Positions 10,261 through 19,775 of a stretch of DNA of 64,000 nucleotides are shown piece after piece. Below the pieces are notes generated by a model. It was given only the letters and a program-made list of their open reading frames with translations. It had not been told where the DNA came from and made no database searches. The DNA comes from an uncultured Nitrososphaerota archaeon (GTDB lineage: Archaea; Thermoproteota; Nitrososphaeria; Nitrososphaerales; CADDZS01): the NCBI GenBank assembly GCA_963799845.1, contig CAWCYI010000006.1, forward strand, positions 1,216,001 through 1,280,000. The letters are read 5' to 3'. The position numbers and the translations under genes are program-made. Position 1 is the stretch's first letter, and every line of letters begins with the position of its first letter.

Positions 10261-10355
10261 GGTTCATTTCGCATGTCTTGCTAGTATTTATCGTCACATT
10301 TGGAGACACAGAACCCTAAGAAATTCTGATGTCGAGACTTCAGCAGACTAGAGCT

Positions 10356-10396
10356 AAAAAGAAAGAGAAAACCGAGTGAAAGCTTAGACTCGGTTT
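10356..10396 (-). terminator. Stem-loop plus T-rich tract after the solute-binding protein gene
   Basis: AAACCGAGT...ACTCGGTTT inverted repeat (10369-10396) followed on the minus strand by TCTCTTTCTTTTT. Confidence 0.55.
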
Positions 10397-10403
10397 CCGT
10401 AAA

Positions 10404-11597
10404 TCACGGTCCAAAAATACCCGTAAATATGTTCGTCCACATTTGAGGATCTGAATATATGGTAGGAGGTCCAGCCGCTACGATTGACGCGTTTGCAGGG
10501 TATGGCCAAAACGAAAGATATTGGCCATTAACAAGAGGAAGGCCACTAGGTGTACCAGATGATGTGAGCGCCAACGCACCCGCATAAGAAGTCATGAATA
10601 ATTCAAACAGCTCCGATGAGTACGGGTGCGGCGCATCCTTGAGGACACCTATTGATGCAGGATCACCATAGGTCGGATCGATGTATTTGTAACCAACTGG
10701 AGGGTGACTGGAAAGACCCCCTGCCACGTCATCAATAAGCGCAATCCCGATTGACACTTGACCAGTAGACACATCTGTGTACGTGTCGCTTGTTCCCTGC
10801 GTAATCATGGGCTGATTTGCTTCTATATTTTTCATTAAAGTAGTCCAGGAAGCGTTGCCCATAGATGGCTCTAGACTAGAGAAAATCGGACCTGCGGTGT
10901 TAAGAGTCGAAGGATCGTCGAACGCTAATTGTCCCTTCCACTGAGGATCAGCGAGCTGTTGCCAACTTGTAGGCAAAGTAGAGTTGTCAGTGATCTTGTT
11001 GGTATTCCAGATCAAAAGCGCTGGATCGTAATAGAAACTCGTCTGATATTGATCGGAACCAGTCCAATTCATAATAGCGATATTGGGGTTATCAAAGGCT
11101 TGGAGTGCACCATTCTGCTCGAGAATTTGCAAGTCGCTTCTAGTGTCTACAATGGAGTCAGCAACGACGTGTCCAGCATCAAATTCGGTGAGGGCTCTTG
11201 AAGCAACATCGCCGAAGCCTAACTGAACATAATTAATAGTGAACCAAGGGAAAGAGGCAAGCATGGCAGCCTCAATTTTCGGAAATACCTGATTTGGACT
11301 GAAGAATGAATAAAGTGTGATTGTTCCGCCTTCGGCTTTAGCTTCGTCCACTAGAGAACCACTGATGTTCACGTTAACGGTTCCCATTGCGGACACTGTT
11401 GTCATAACAGTAGTTGTTCCGCTAGAACCTGGCGCTGTTACTGTTGTTACGCCGCCACCAGACCCCGTCACTGTGAACGTTGAAGTTATGGTCGAAGTCG
11501 ATGAAGGCCCCTTAAGGGTAACAGCATACGCCGACACACCGGCAAGCGCGAGTATTAATACTACAATTAGGGCTAATGCTGATCTGGCTACTGCCAT
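10404..11597 (-). CDS. ABC transporter solute-binding protein (FbpA/AfuA/thiamine-like)
   Basis: N-terminal TM anchor, S/T-rich linker, AKAEGGTITLYS, PTSWQQLADPQWKG, KDAPHP. Confidence 0.85.
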   Translation of the reverse strand: MAVARSALALIVVLILALAGVSAYAVTLKGPSSTSTITSTFTVTGSGGGVTTVTAPGSSGTTTVMTTVSAMGTVNVNISGSLVDEAKAEGGTITLYSFFSPNQVFPKIEAAMLASFPWFTINYVQLGFGDVASRALTEFDAGHVVADSIVDTRSDLQILEQNGALQAFDNPNIAIMNWTGSDQYQTSFYYDPALLIWNTNKITDNSTLPTSWQQLADPQWKGQLAFDDPSTLNTAGPIFSSLEPSMGNASWTTLMKNIEANQPMITQGTSDTYTDVSTGQVSIGIALIDDVAGGLSSHPPVGYKYIDPTYGDPASIGVLKDAPHPYSSELFELFMTSYAGALALTSSGTPSGLPLVNGQYLSFWPYPANASIVAAGPPTIYSDPQMWTNIFTGIFGP

Positions 11598-11784
11598 AAG
11601 TCGGCAAGAAGATTAGAGACTTTTATACTTTTAGTGCGCAGAAAGCAAAAACATCGCAGTGATTGTGATTCAGACTAAACTAATTTGTGAAATGTCTGTC
11701 GGTACCGACTAAAATCTATGCATAAAATCTTTTTTTAGGCAATGAAGTTCTAGCTTACGTCTTTGCGAACGAGAATTGCTTCAA

Positions 11785-13467
11785 TCATATTAGAACGACC
11801 TTTCTCTTTGACAACACCCGTATGACTGTGATCGCGCCCATCAGCATCAAACACATGAGAACAGACATCGCGGCAACAACGGGCAATGTTCCTCCACTAC
11901 TTGAGTAAGTTGTCAGGATTAGTGTACTGAGAAGAAGAGAAGAGGGCGTTGAAAGCAGGATAACGACTCCGATCTCCTTGAAAGAGTCGACGAACATGTA
12001 TAGAAACGAATTGACAACAGCGGGCCTAAGAAGCGGAAAGAGCACACGCACCATGGTCCCACTCCACCGCGATCCAGCAACACTTGCAGATTCTTCTAAC
12101 TCGTCAGCGAGTTGAACAAGGTTGTTCGCAGCAAACCGAATCGTGTACGGCAACCATACAACTATTAGGGCTAGTAACATGACCCAGATGGTTCCATAAA
12201 GTTCATTGAGACCAGGTAAAACTAGGAACATCCAAATCAATCCAATAGAATATACAATCCCAGGAAAAGCAAGGGGGAGGTTGCTAAGGTAATTCAGGAT
12301 CGCTTTTCCTCTATTCTTTCCTTTTATTAGGGCATATGCCATTATCGTTCCGAGCAATGTCGAAAGAGCAGCAGCGACGGTGGAGATTTCAAAACTGTTG
12401 AAGACGGCTTCTCGAAATGAGATAGTCTCCAGTGCATTTACAAAATTTGTCAGTGTCAATCCACTAGACAATGGTCCGATTCCAGGTGCTATTGTGTAGA
12501 ATCGAACCAGTGAGACTAAGACCAACGTACCGAACGGAAAGAAAAATACAATTGTTATAATCGCAACACAAATAGCGAATGCAACCCATTTCCATTTTCC
12601 CAAGTCGAACAATGTCGCAGTGCTTGCCTTCCCCGTCACAGTGACGAAACGATAAGACCTTCGGACAGCGAAGAGGTAGAGGCTAATGAGAATTAACGTC
12701 AGAATAAGATAAATGAGTCCGTAAGCCGCGGCTAGGCTGTACTGAGCCGTTACATCCATCAAGAGATACACTTGAGTCGCTAAGTTTGCAACGTGAACGC
12801 TGGCTCCGAGGATGAATGGGTATTCAAAGAGACCCACAACAAATAACATGCTAAGGAGTGAAACAGCTAGAATAGTAGGCGTTATTAGAGGGAGGGTTAT
12901 ATGACGCAATGTTCTTAGAGCACCGCCACCGCAAACTTGGCAAGCCTCTTCGAGCGAGGGGTCGATGGACTGTAGAGCCGACTCCATCATTAGAAACGCG
13001 AAGGGAATTGCCCCAGCTGCGGTGGCGAATATAAGACCCGCCATACTGAAAATATCGAAGGGTGCAGTGGAAGATCTTGTAATTGACTCCAGACCTAAAT
13101 TCAACAGACCTATTTGTGGACTAAGTAAGAATATCCATGCTATTGCAGCCACAAAGTTTGGCAAGATCAAAGGAAAGATGGGAAGCAATCTCAGGAATCT
13201 TTTCCCAGGGAGAGATGTCCTAACGACTAGCCAAGCATAGGGGGCAGACAGGCCAATTGCAAGAACAACAGTGCCGACTGCATATTCTAGGGTTCCTTCC
13301 AGAAGAACTGGAGTTCTAGGAGACGAAAAGACCTGAATCAAGAATGAGAGAGTATAATGCGTTGACCTGAAATTTGGTACAAGGCTTCCGTAGACTAAGA
13401 AGATTAAGGGAGTCACAAAGAAAACAGAGATCGCGAGGAAAATTGATGTTGGGATCTTGGTTCCCAT
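11785..13467 (-). CDS. ABC transporter permease (FbpB-like, duplicated domain)
   Basis: Two EAA-type motifs (LEEACQVCGG, LEESASVAGS), about 12 TM. Confidence 0.9.
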   Translation of the reverse strand: MGTKIPTSIFLAISVFFVTPLIFLVYGSLVPNFRSTHYTLSFLIQVFSSPRTPVLLEGTLEYAVGTVVLAIGLSAPYAWLVVRTSLPGKRFLRLLPIFPLILPNFVAAIAWIFLLSPQIGLLNLGLESITRSSTAPFDIFSMAGLIFATAAGAIPFAFLMMESALQSIDPSLEEACQVCGGGALRTLRHITLPLITPTILAVSLLSMLFVVGLFEYPFILGASVHVANLATQVYLLMDVTAQYSLAAAYGLIYLILTLILISLYLFAVRRSYRFVTVTGKASTATLFDLGKWKWVAFAICVAIITIVFFFPFGTLVLVSLVRFYTIAPGIGPLSSGLTLTNFVNALETISFREAVFNSFEISTVAAALSTLLGTIMAYALIKGKNRGKAILNYLSNLPLAFPGIVYSIGLIWMFLVLPGLNELYGTIWVMLLALIVVWLPYTIRFAANNLVQLADELEESASVAGSRWSGTMVRVLFPLLRPAVVNSFLYMFVDSFKEIGVVILLSTPSSLLLSTLILTTYSSSGGTLPVVAAMSVLMCLMLMGAITVIRVLSKRKVVLI

Positions 13468-13560
13468 TATCCCATTCCCCGCTTTGCTCGCCCGTAATAT
13501 TACGCCATAATAACCTTTTTTGAGACTTTCAATACCATCCGAAGATTTCCCCTTGACTGG

Positions 13561-14472
13561 TTAGGTGTATTTGATAAAATTAGTGACAATCTCATTGAAT
13601 TCATCAGGGTGCTCCCTAAATGAATAATGACCCGCGCAATTAAAAACGTGGAACTGGCATCGAGAAGCATGCCGACTGACGTTATCGAACAATTCCCACC
13701 CGCGTCTCACAGGGGCAGAAGGATCGTTCATTCCCCATAAAATGAGGGTAGGAACTTTGAGTTCGCCATTCTTGATTGCTCTAGTAATCTCAATCTTGCT
13801 CCTCTCCAGTTCGGGGAAGAACACGCGATCATAAAGCGACTCCATCTTTAGTTTAATAGTCCTCGTCTTCGGGAGTGTTGCGATTTCGTACATCTCGTCA
13901 ACAAAATCGTCAGTGATGTGAACAGTAGAATACGAATTTGCGATAGCCTCCCGTTTCACAGTTTCACGGGTTTCGCCCTCACCATCTTTGAGTCCAACCT
14001 TACTGTAAAAAGTTCTTCCAGCATCAAAATTGGGATCGTAGGGGGAAAGCGTATTAGTGTCAATGACTATCAAGCTCTTAATTGACTTAGGGCGTCTAAG
14101 AGCCAAACTTGCAGCGACAAAAGCCCCGCGTGAATGTCCAATTAAACTAACTTCGCCCAAATCTAATCTATCCAAAAATCTCTCGGCGTGACTAATTGTA
14201 GCTGACATTGTATGGTCTTCATTTGAGACGGGATTGTCTGTGTATCCCATTCCTAGTCGATCGAAGGCATAAACATGGAAGGACTTACTCAAAAAAGGCC
14301 AGTTGAGATTCCAGGAATAAGCGCTGTAATAGAGGCCGAAGTGTCCACCATGAATCAACACAATTGGTTCTCCCTCGCCCTTTTCAAAAAACCTAGTCTC
14401 TAATCCTCCCACGTTAACGAAATTTCCATCCACTGACCAATTGCATCGCCTCCTTTCTAGAATTTGTAACAT
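13561..14472 (-). CDS. Alpha/beta-fold hydrolase
   Basis: LIHGG, DRLGMGYT, nucleophile elbow GHSRG, WGMND, AGH. Confidence 0.9.
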   Translation of the reverse strand: MLQILERRRCNWSVDGNFVNVGGLETRFFEKGEGEPIVLIHGGHFGLYYSAYSWNLNWPFLSKSFHVYAFDRLGMGYTDNPVSNEDHTMSATISHAERFLDRLDLGEVSLIGHSRGAFVAASLALRRPKSIKSLIVIDTNTLSPYDPNFDAGRTFYSKVGLKDGEGETRETVKREAIANSYSTVHITDDFVDEMYEIATLPKTRTIKLKMESLYDRVFFPELERSKIEITRAIKNGELKVPTLILWGMNDPSAPVRRGWELFDNVSRHASRCQFHVFNCAGHYSFREHPDEFNEIVTNFIKYT

Positions 14473-14604
14473 CCATTCAAATTCGGATTTTTTTTAGCTT
14501 GCTAATATGTGGTCATAAAATAATTTTACTGTTCAAAAAATACAATTTTAAGATGAATATTCCTACAAAAAATATATCAAGAGTCGACAGATGCGTACGC
14601 TCAT

Positions 14605-15517
14605 TTGATAGTCGATATTCATGCTCATCATATTAATCCTCAGCTAGACACGTCTCCTCCGCTCTGTAGGCAGCCTGCTCTAATTATTCAATCTCGGTCT
14701 GAATCGAAGACTGATGTCATTGTTCTGAGCGACCCCTTCATATTGAAGCAAGCGGACGACGCAAATCTACATAGGCTAAAGGCGATACAGATGTCACATA
14801 GCTATTTCGCGGAATTTTGTAAATTAAATGATGAATATTTTCGCTACTTTGCATACGCTTATCCTCATACGAAAAGTGATTATTCAAAAGAACTGATCCG
14901 AGCTTTAGACAATCGATATTGTGTTGGTCTATTAATGAACTCAAACGTAGACGGAAAATATCCAGACTCGAAGAATTTTCGTGAAATCTTTGAAATCGCA
15001 TCAGATAAGAGGTTGCCCATTTTCATTCATCCAAACTTTAAGAGTATAGGTTATGAGAATCTTCTCGAGTACCACTTACTCTCCATACTTGGACGCCCTA
15101 CCGACGTCTCACTGGCAGCATTTAGGATGATTCTCTCAGGGGTTCTCGAAGAGTTTAGGCGACTCAAAATAATCTGTAGCTGATGGTGGAGGTGCGTTGA
15201 CAATGCTAAAATTAAGACTTGATAACCAGTGCGATACACCAAGGCATAAGTCAGAACAAAAGTACAATTTCAGTTTGACCAAGCCTCCGAGTGAATATTT
15301 CAAATCATTTTATGTCGACACTACAACTATGTCATCTGAGGCAATCCTCAATACTCTGAATGTGTTAGGGGAAGACCATGTTTTGCTGGGAACTGATTTT
15401 CCTCCTGGATCAATTTCGCCCAAACAATACCTTCACTTAATAGACGGCCTTCCCGTTTCCAAAGAGATCAAATCAGGAATTAAAGGCAAGAATGCAGAAA
15501 AACTACTCAGAATTTGA
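14605..15517 (+). pseudogene. Amidohydrolase_2 (ACMSD/PicC-like decarboxylase fold) interrupted by +1 frameshift
   Basis: DIHAH, PIFIHP, SGVLEEF. Removing one base near 15175 gives KIIVADGGGALTML and joins ORF 15197..15517 (FYVDT, LLGTDFP). Confidence 0.8.
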
Positions 15518-15566
15518 TATGCGGAGCTGCGTTAGACTCTAGCACGCCAGTCAAACAATTAGAGTA

Positions 15567-16541
15567 CTATTTTTGACTCTTAGCGATTCCACTCAAAATC
15601 GAAAGGCATGACCCCGTGTACTCTAAAGGTATTCCATCCGTCATGAGTTCGTCCACGTCTGAAAGGTTGGAAGTCTTTGCAAATGAACTCATTATTTGAA
15701 TCATTTCGCTCGGCTTAGGAACCAAAGAAAAATCGGAGAAAGTGATCGCGAGATATGTAAGTATCCCGTACACACCCCAGTCACACATTGTGCTGACAAC
15801 CAAATGATCGCATGATATTGATGTGATTATTCCTGATTTGCAAGGACAAGCGCAAACCATTTCTGATGGAATGACGCTGCCTATGACATCCTGGATGTTT
15901 CCCATGCCTACATCATTTCCAAGATCGGCGACCGCGACTGTGGGGGTACGCATTTCCCTTGCAACTTCGAAGAGGGAATCGCTCCATGAGACGAATGATG
16001 TCAACCTTTTTCCAAACGCAGTGTGATATTCACCGACAGAATTTCTTCCAGGTTTTTCGCTTGCTATGATTATCCCGGGCGAGTGCAAAGAAAGAATGTC
16101 AGAACATTGGTCTTTCACATCGCGATCTTTTGGCAGTTCGAGAATTGTTATCCTACTTTCATCGAAATCACCTGCCATCCCTCCGACGATGCTCGATTTC
16201 ATGATTGGACCGAGTCCGAGATCGGTTACAACTATTGCCTCGAGACCAAACTTTCCGGTGAGTCTGCGTATCATAGAAGCAATTCCGACCGGTCCATCAG
16301 AGTGAACTGCAGGCTTTTCTTTTGAAAAAGGGGAAGGAACTGGGAATCCTGTCAATAAGAGAACCGGGGCCTTTCTTCTCACCACTTCCTCTATCGCCTT
16401 CCCTGCTGAATAACACAATGGGAGTTCGTCTTGGTTCCTTGCCATTGAATAGAGCTTAGGGATAATTCCGTAAGAAGGCAAGTCAACGGTCGTGACCCTG
16501 TCGATAGCCTCACAGGCGTTCAATGCATTTGGTTGGAACAA
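15567..16541 (-). CDS. DUF4392 / D-glutamate cyclase-like protein (divergent copy)
   Basis: LLTGF, SDGPVG, EKPGRN..GEYH, DLGNDVGMG, CPCKSGI, DWG. Confidence 0.8.
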   Translation of the reverse strand: MFQPNALNACEAIDRVTTVDLPSYGIIPKLYSMARNQDELPLCYSAGKAIEEVVRRKAPVLLLTGFPVPSPFSKEKPAVHSDGPVGIASMIRRLTGKFGLEAIVVTDLGLGPIMKSSIVGGMAGDFDESRITILELPKDRDVKDQCSDILSLHSPGIIIASEKPGRNSVGEYHTAFGKRLTSFVSWSDSLFEVAREMRTPTVAVADLGNDVGMGNIQDVIGSVIPSEMVCACPCKSGIITSISCDHLVVSTMCDWGVYGILTYLAITFSDFSLVPKPSEMIQIMSSFAKTSNLSDVDELMTDGIPLEYTGSCLSILSGIAKSQK

Positions 16542-16675
16542 CTAGCTAGCGCAAGCTCCTAGAGAAGCGTATCTGGATTCAGCGTATTTTTCATTTTATT
16601 CAGTTTAAGAATTTCAGCGAAGCTTTCTCTTATCCTTATTCTTATATTGCCTCGGGATATTCAGCTTCGAGATAA

Positions 16676-17788
16676 GTGGTTGAGGGTTCATTGAGTGCGG
16701 TAACGGGAGGTTATCCTGGATTTCAAACACAAAGTCCGTACGTACTTCCACTATTGCTTGAATCCACAAGGAACTGTGTAGAAAATTTTTGCAAAGTGAA
16801 AGAAGGGGAAAACGTCCTAATTATAAGTGAATTCGATTCAGATCCTCTTGTTGTTTCTGCCTTCGCTGCTTCAGCTCAACAGATGAAAGCAAATGTAGCT
16901 ATAGTCTCGACAACTCCATTCAGTGCTGGAGGTTGGATGAAGGGAGGACCCAACAAAATGGTTGTTGGCGCCTTCGAAAATTCGGATGTAGTCATTTCCT
17001 GCTCATACTTTGAATTTGCCCACAATGAATTCACCTTCTTCAACAAGATCTTCAGTGGCAAGTACAGAGTCTGTTCTGTATTGACTGCTGCTAGCTCCGG
17101 ATGTCTAATTTCAGCTGGAAGGTTCCCGATACCACTTTTCACTGAAATCGGGGAGAGAGCACGTAAATTGATAGAGAATGCGCAGAAGATCAGAATTCTA
17201 ACGGATTCAGGTTCCGATCTTACATTCGAAGGACCGAAAGGAGTTAGATACAGCATGCCGCTGCAACCCGGGACGTGGGATAATTTCCCTCCGATGGGAA
17301 TAAACCAATATCCCACGAAAGCAAATGGCGTTATAGTATTTGATGAATCGACTATCACAGGTAAACCGTCTTCTCCAATGAAGATTGACATAGAGGACAA
17401 CTTCGCTACAGGCATTGAAGGTGGATCAGGTGCGGAAAGAAATGCGATAGAGTCTTTTGCAAATGGGAAATTGGCTGTAAGACACCTCATGATTGGTCTG
17501 AACCCAAAGGTGAGGATGGTGAATGCACCTCAATTCGAAAGAGCTAGGGCAGCAGGGACAGCCCACCTAGGCCTTGATGGGACAGGTTCTTCGACAACTC
17601 TTGATCGCAGCAAACCAGGGTTTTCTCACCTCGACATGATTATGGATACACCTACGATATGGGTTGACGAGAAATTATTTGTGAAGGATAGAAGATTGCT
17701 GATTTTGGACGATCCGGAGCTCATCGCCATTGCTAAACAGTATGGCGATCCTAAGAAAGTGCTGGCGCAAAATCCATTTCTGTGGTAG
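16676..17788 (+). CDS. M29/NicX-fold protein (2,5-dihydroxypyridine dioxygenase-like / leucyl aminopeptidase-like)
   Basis: VKEGENVLII, GSDLTF, ANGVIVFD, RHLMIGLNP, GTAHLGL, SHLDMIMDTPTIWVD. Confidence 0.7.
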   Translation: MVEGSLSAVTGGYPGFQTQSPYVLPLLLESTRNCVENFCKVKEGENVLIISEFDSDPLVVSAFAASAQQMKANVAIVSTTPFSAGGWMKGGPNKMVVGAFENSDVVISCSYFEFAHNEFTFFNKIFSGKYRVCSVLTAASSGCLISAGRFPIPLFTEIGERARKLIENAQKIRILTDSGSDLTFEGPKGVRYSMPLQPGTWDNFPPMGINQYPTKANGVIVFDESTITGKPSSPMKIDIEDNFATGIEGGSGAERNAIESFANGKLAVRHLMIGLNPKVRMVNAPQFERARAAGTAHLGLDGTGSSTTLDRSKPGFSHLDMIMDTPTIWVDEKLFVKDRRLLILDDPELIAIAKQYGDPKKVLAQNPFLW

Positions 17789-17795
17789 ACAAGAG

Positions 17796-18239
17796 CTATT
17801 TCGAAAGTGGACGGAATTTTGCAATAGAAACCCCGTTTATCGGCTCAAAATAAGCCTCTACTTTCAAACCGATCTGAATCTTATCTAATGGCAAATCCAT
17901 TACTTGAGCGACCATCCTGACACCTTCGTCGAGATCTAGGATTGCCAAGGCGTATGGAATCTCCTTTTCGAAAGCAGGACTGTTCATAACTACCTCTTTG
18001 ATAATAGTGAAAGAGTGTATCACTCCCTTACCCGAACATTTCAGCCAAGTAAGATCTCTTTTGCCACACTCTTCACAAGCTGTTCTCGGGTACCATTGCT
18101 TATGGTGACAGATAGAGCACTCCTGAATCATAAGATCACCTCTTTTCGTAGCATCCCAAAAAGCGGCAGTGAAGGGGAAAATAGTGGGGAGTGGCTTCGA
18201 GGGAGCACGCTTCGAATCAGAATTATGTGGCTGGCTCAA
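17796..18239 (-). CDS. DUF35 Zn-ribbon/OB-fold protein (thiolase partner)
   Basis: FWDA...CSICHH..YPRTACEECG, GVIHSFT, PYALAILDLDEGVRM; overlaps the thiolase stop. Confidence 0.9.
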   Translation of the reverse strand: MSQPHNSDSKRAPSKPLPTIFPFTAAFWDATKRGDLMIQECSICHHKQWYPRTACEECGKRDLTWLKCSGKGVIHSFTIIKEVVMNSPAFEKEIPYALAILDLDEGVRMVAQVMDLPLDKIQIGLKVEAYFEPINGVSIAKFRPLSK

Positions 18240-19426
18240 GGTTCATTCCCCAAAATTGCAACATTCGTGTAGGCTAGGTTCTTTGCATATTGCAAATTGC
18301 CCAAGCCTGTGACCATTCCATATTTTGCATTCTTAACCTGTCTCTCCTCCCCTTCTCCGCGGAGCTGTCTGATTGTCTCGATCAAGTTAACAAATCCCCC
18401 TGCCAAGCCCGGCTGTCCTGCTGAAATCTGCCCTCCGCCGGTGTTCACTGGCAGATCTCCTCCAAATGAGAGATCAGTTTTTTCGACAAATTTACCACCT
18501 TCTCCTTTCTTACAAAATCCTGCATCTTCAATTTGCATAAGTACAGCAATGGTGTAGTCATCATATGGCTCGAACAGATCAATGTCATCAATTCGAAGTC
18601 CAGAAGAGTCGAGTGCCGTCTTTGATGATGCCGTTATTCCGGTGTATGTAATGTCCGGGAGGTTTTTGGAACCATGATGGTAATTGTCGCACTCGCCCAA
18701 TCCTAGCACATACACGGGCCTTTCTACCGTAATCAAAGACTTCTCTGCTCTGGTAACAATGAATCCAGCACCTCCATTTACAGGCATGACAGTGTCAAAC
18801 ATCCGTATAGGATCCGCAATAATCCTTGAATTTAGATAATCATCAATTGATAATGAAGTCTTGAAAATGGCATTCGGGTTCAAAACCGCATGATTCCTTT
18901 GAGTCACGGCGATTTTTCCCGTTTGTTCCGGTGTGGTGCCATAAAGCTGCATATGTCGTCTCATTACCATCGCAAACGAGGAGTTCGGCCCCATAACCCC
19001 GAAAGGATTTTCGAAATCATTCCTATGTTGGCTAAGGGTCATTGGCCTAAAACTCATTGGTGAGTCGCCGCCTAAGCAAAGGACCCTGTCTACGATTCCA
19101 GACGCAACCGCACTGACAGCCTGTGACAACGCCGCGATACCACTCGCCCCGCCATGGGAAGGAGTAATGATACATCTGGGAGTTATTCCCAAATGCTCAG
19201 CAACTTCACAGCCGAAACAGATTGGATGATCTACGATTGGATGAAGAACAGCTAGGCCCTGACCGTCAAAATCTTTCATGTCCATGTGAGCGTTTTGCAA
19301 CGTTAGGTCGGCGGCCCACGCCAAGTATTCCCAGAATGAAAGGACGGGCTCTCCTCTCTCGCGCTTCGCCCTTGTTACAGGAGTTTCTGCGTACCCCGTT
19401 ATCACGGCTTTACCGCGAATTGGCAT
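18236..19426 (-). CDS. Thiolase-superfamily protein (SCP-x/Ltp2-like)
   Basis: IAVTQRNHAVLNPNA, SRIIADPI, YDDY, GFCKKGEGG, VNTGGGQISAG, QLRGE..ERQV. Confidence 0.9.
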   Translation of the reverse strand: MPIRGKAVITGYAETPVTRAKRERGEPVLSFWEYLAWAADLTLQNAHMDMKDFDGQGLAVLHPIVDHPICFGCEVAEHLGITPRCIITPSHGGASGIAALSQAVSAVASGIVDRVLCLGGDSPMSFRPMTLSQHRNDFENPFGVMGPNSSFAMVMRRHMQLYGTTPEQTGKIAVTQRNHAVLNPNAIFKTSLSIDDYLNSRIIADPIRMFDTVMPVNGGAGFIVTRAEKSLITVERPVYVLGLGECDNYHHGSKNLPDITYTGITASSKTALDSSGLRIDDIDLFEPYDDYTIAVLMQIEDAGFCKKGEGGKFVEKTDLSFGGDLPVNTGGGQISAGQPGLAGGFVNLIETIRQLRGEGEERQVKNAKYGMVTGLGNLQYAKNLAYTNVAILGNEP

Positions 19427-19775
19427 AGTTGAATTCTTCTACGATGGCCTTCAGAACCTAGATAATAAATCATAACCTTCTGAGATGAATCGGGTCTCAG
19501 ATTTCGAGTGTTCATTGCTGACTCTGGTTTCTTATCCCGAATCCAACATACAATTCTTTTTGCTGACTGAATGATTCAGGGGGTGCCAAAAGATGAGAAA
19601 AAGCCTGTCCAAGAAAAGTTGAGGAAGAAGACCAGCTTTTATTCATCAGATTTATTTAGGTTCAGCTCACGCGGCTTTTCCTAGTGAATCCAATATAGTG
19701 AACAATCAACGCTCGCTTTTGATATCATGTTCTTGTAAATAGGTCGCACTTTAGTTTGATGAGGAGATCGAAGGG

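Noticed and set aside
15181-15183. TGA as selenocysteine or readthrough
   Set aside because: The downstream homologous sequence is in a different frame, so this is a frameshift
16876-17490. 204-aa minus-strand ORF, and similar antisense ORFs such as 51151..51711 and 38078..38554
   Set aside because: Fully antisense to well-supported genes, with no motifs of their own
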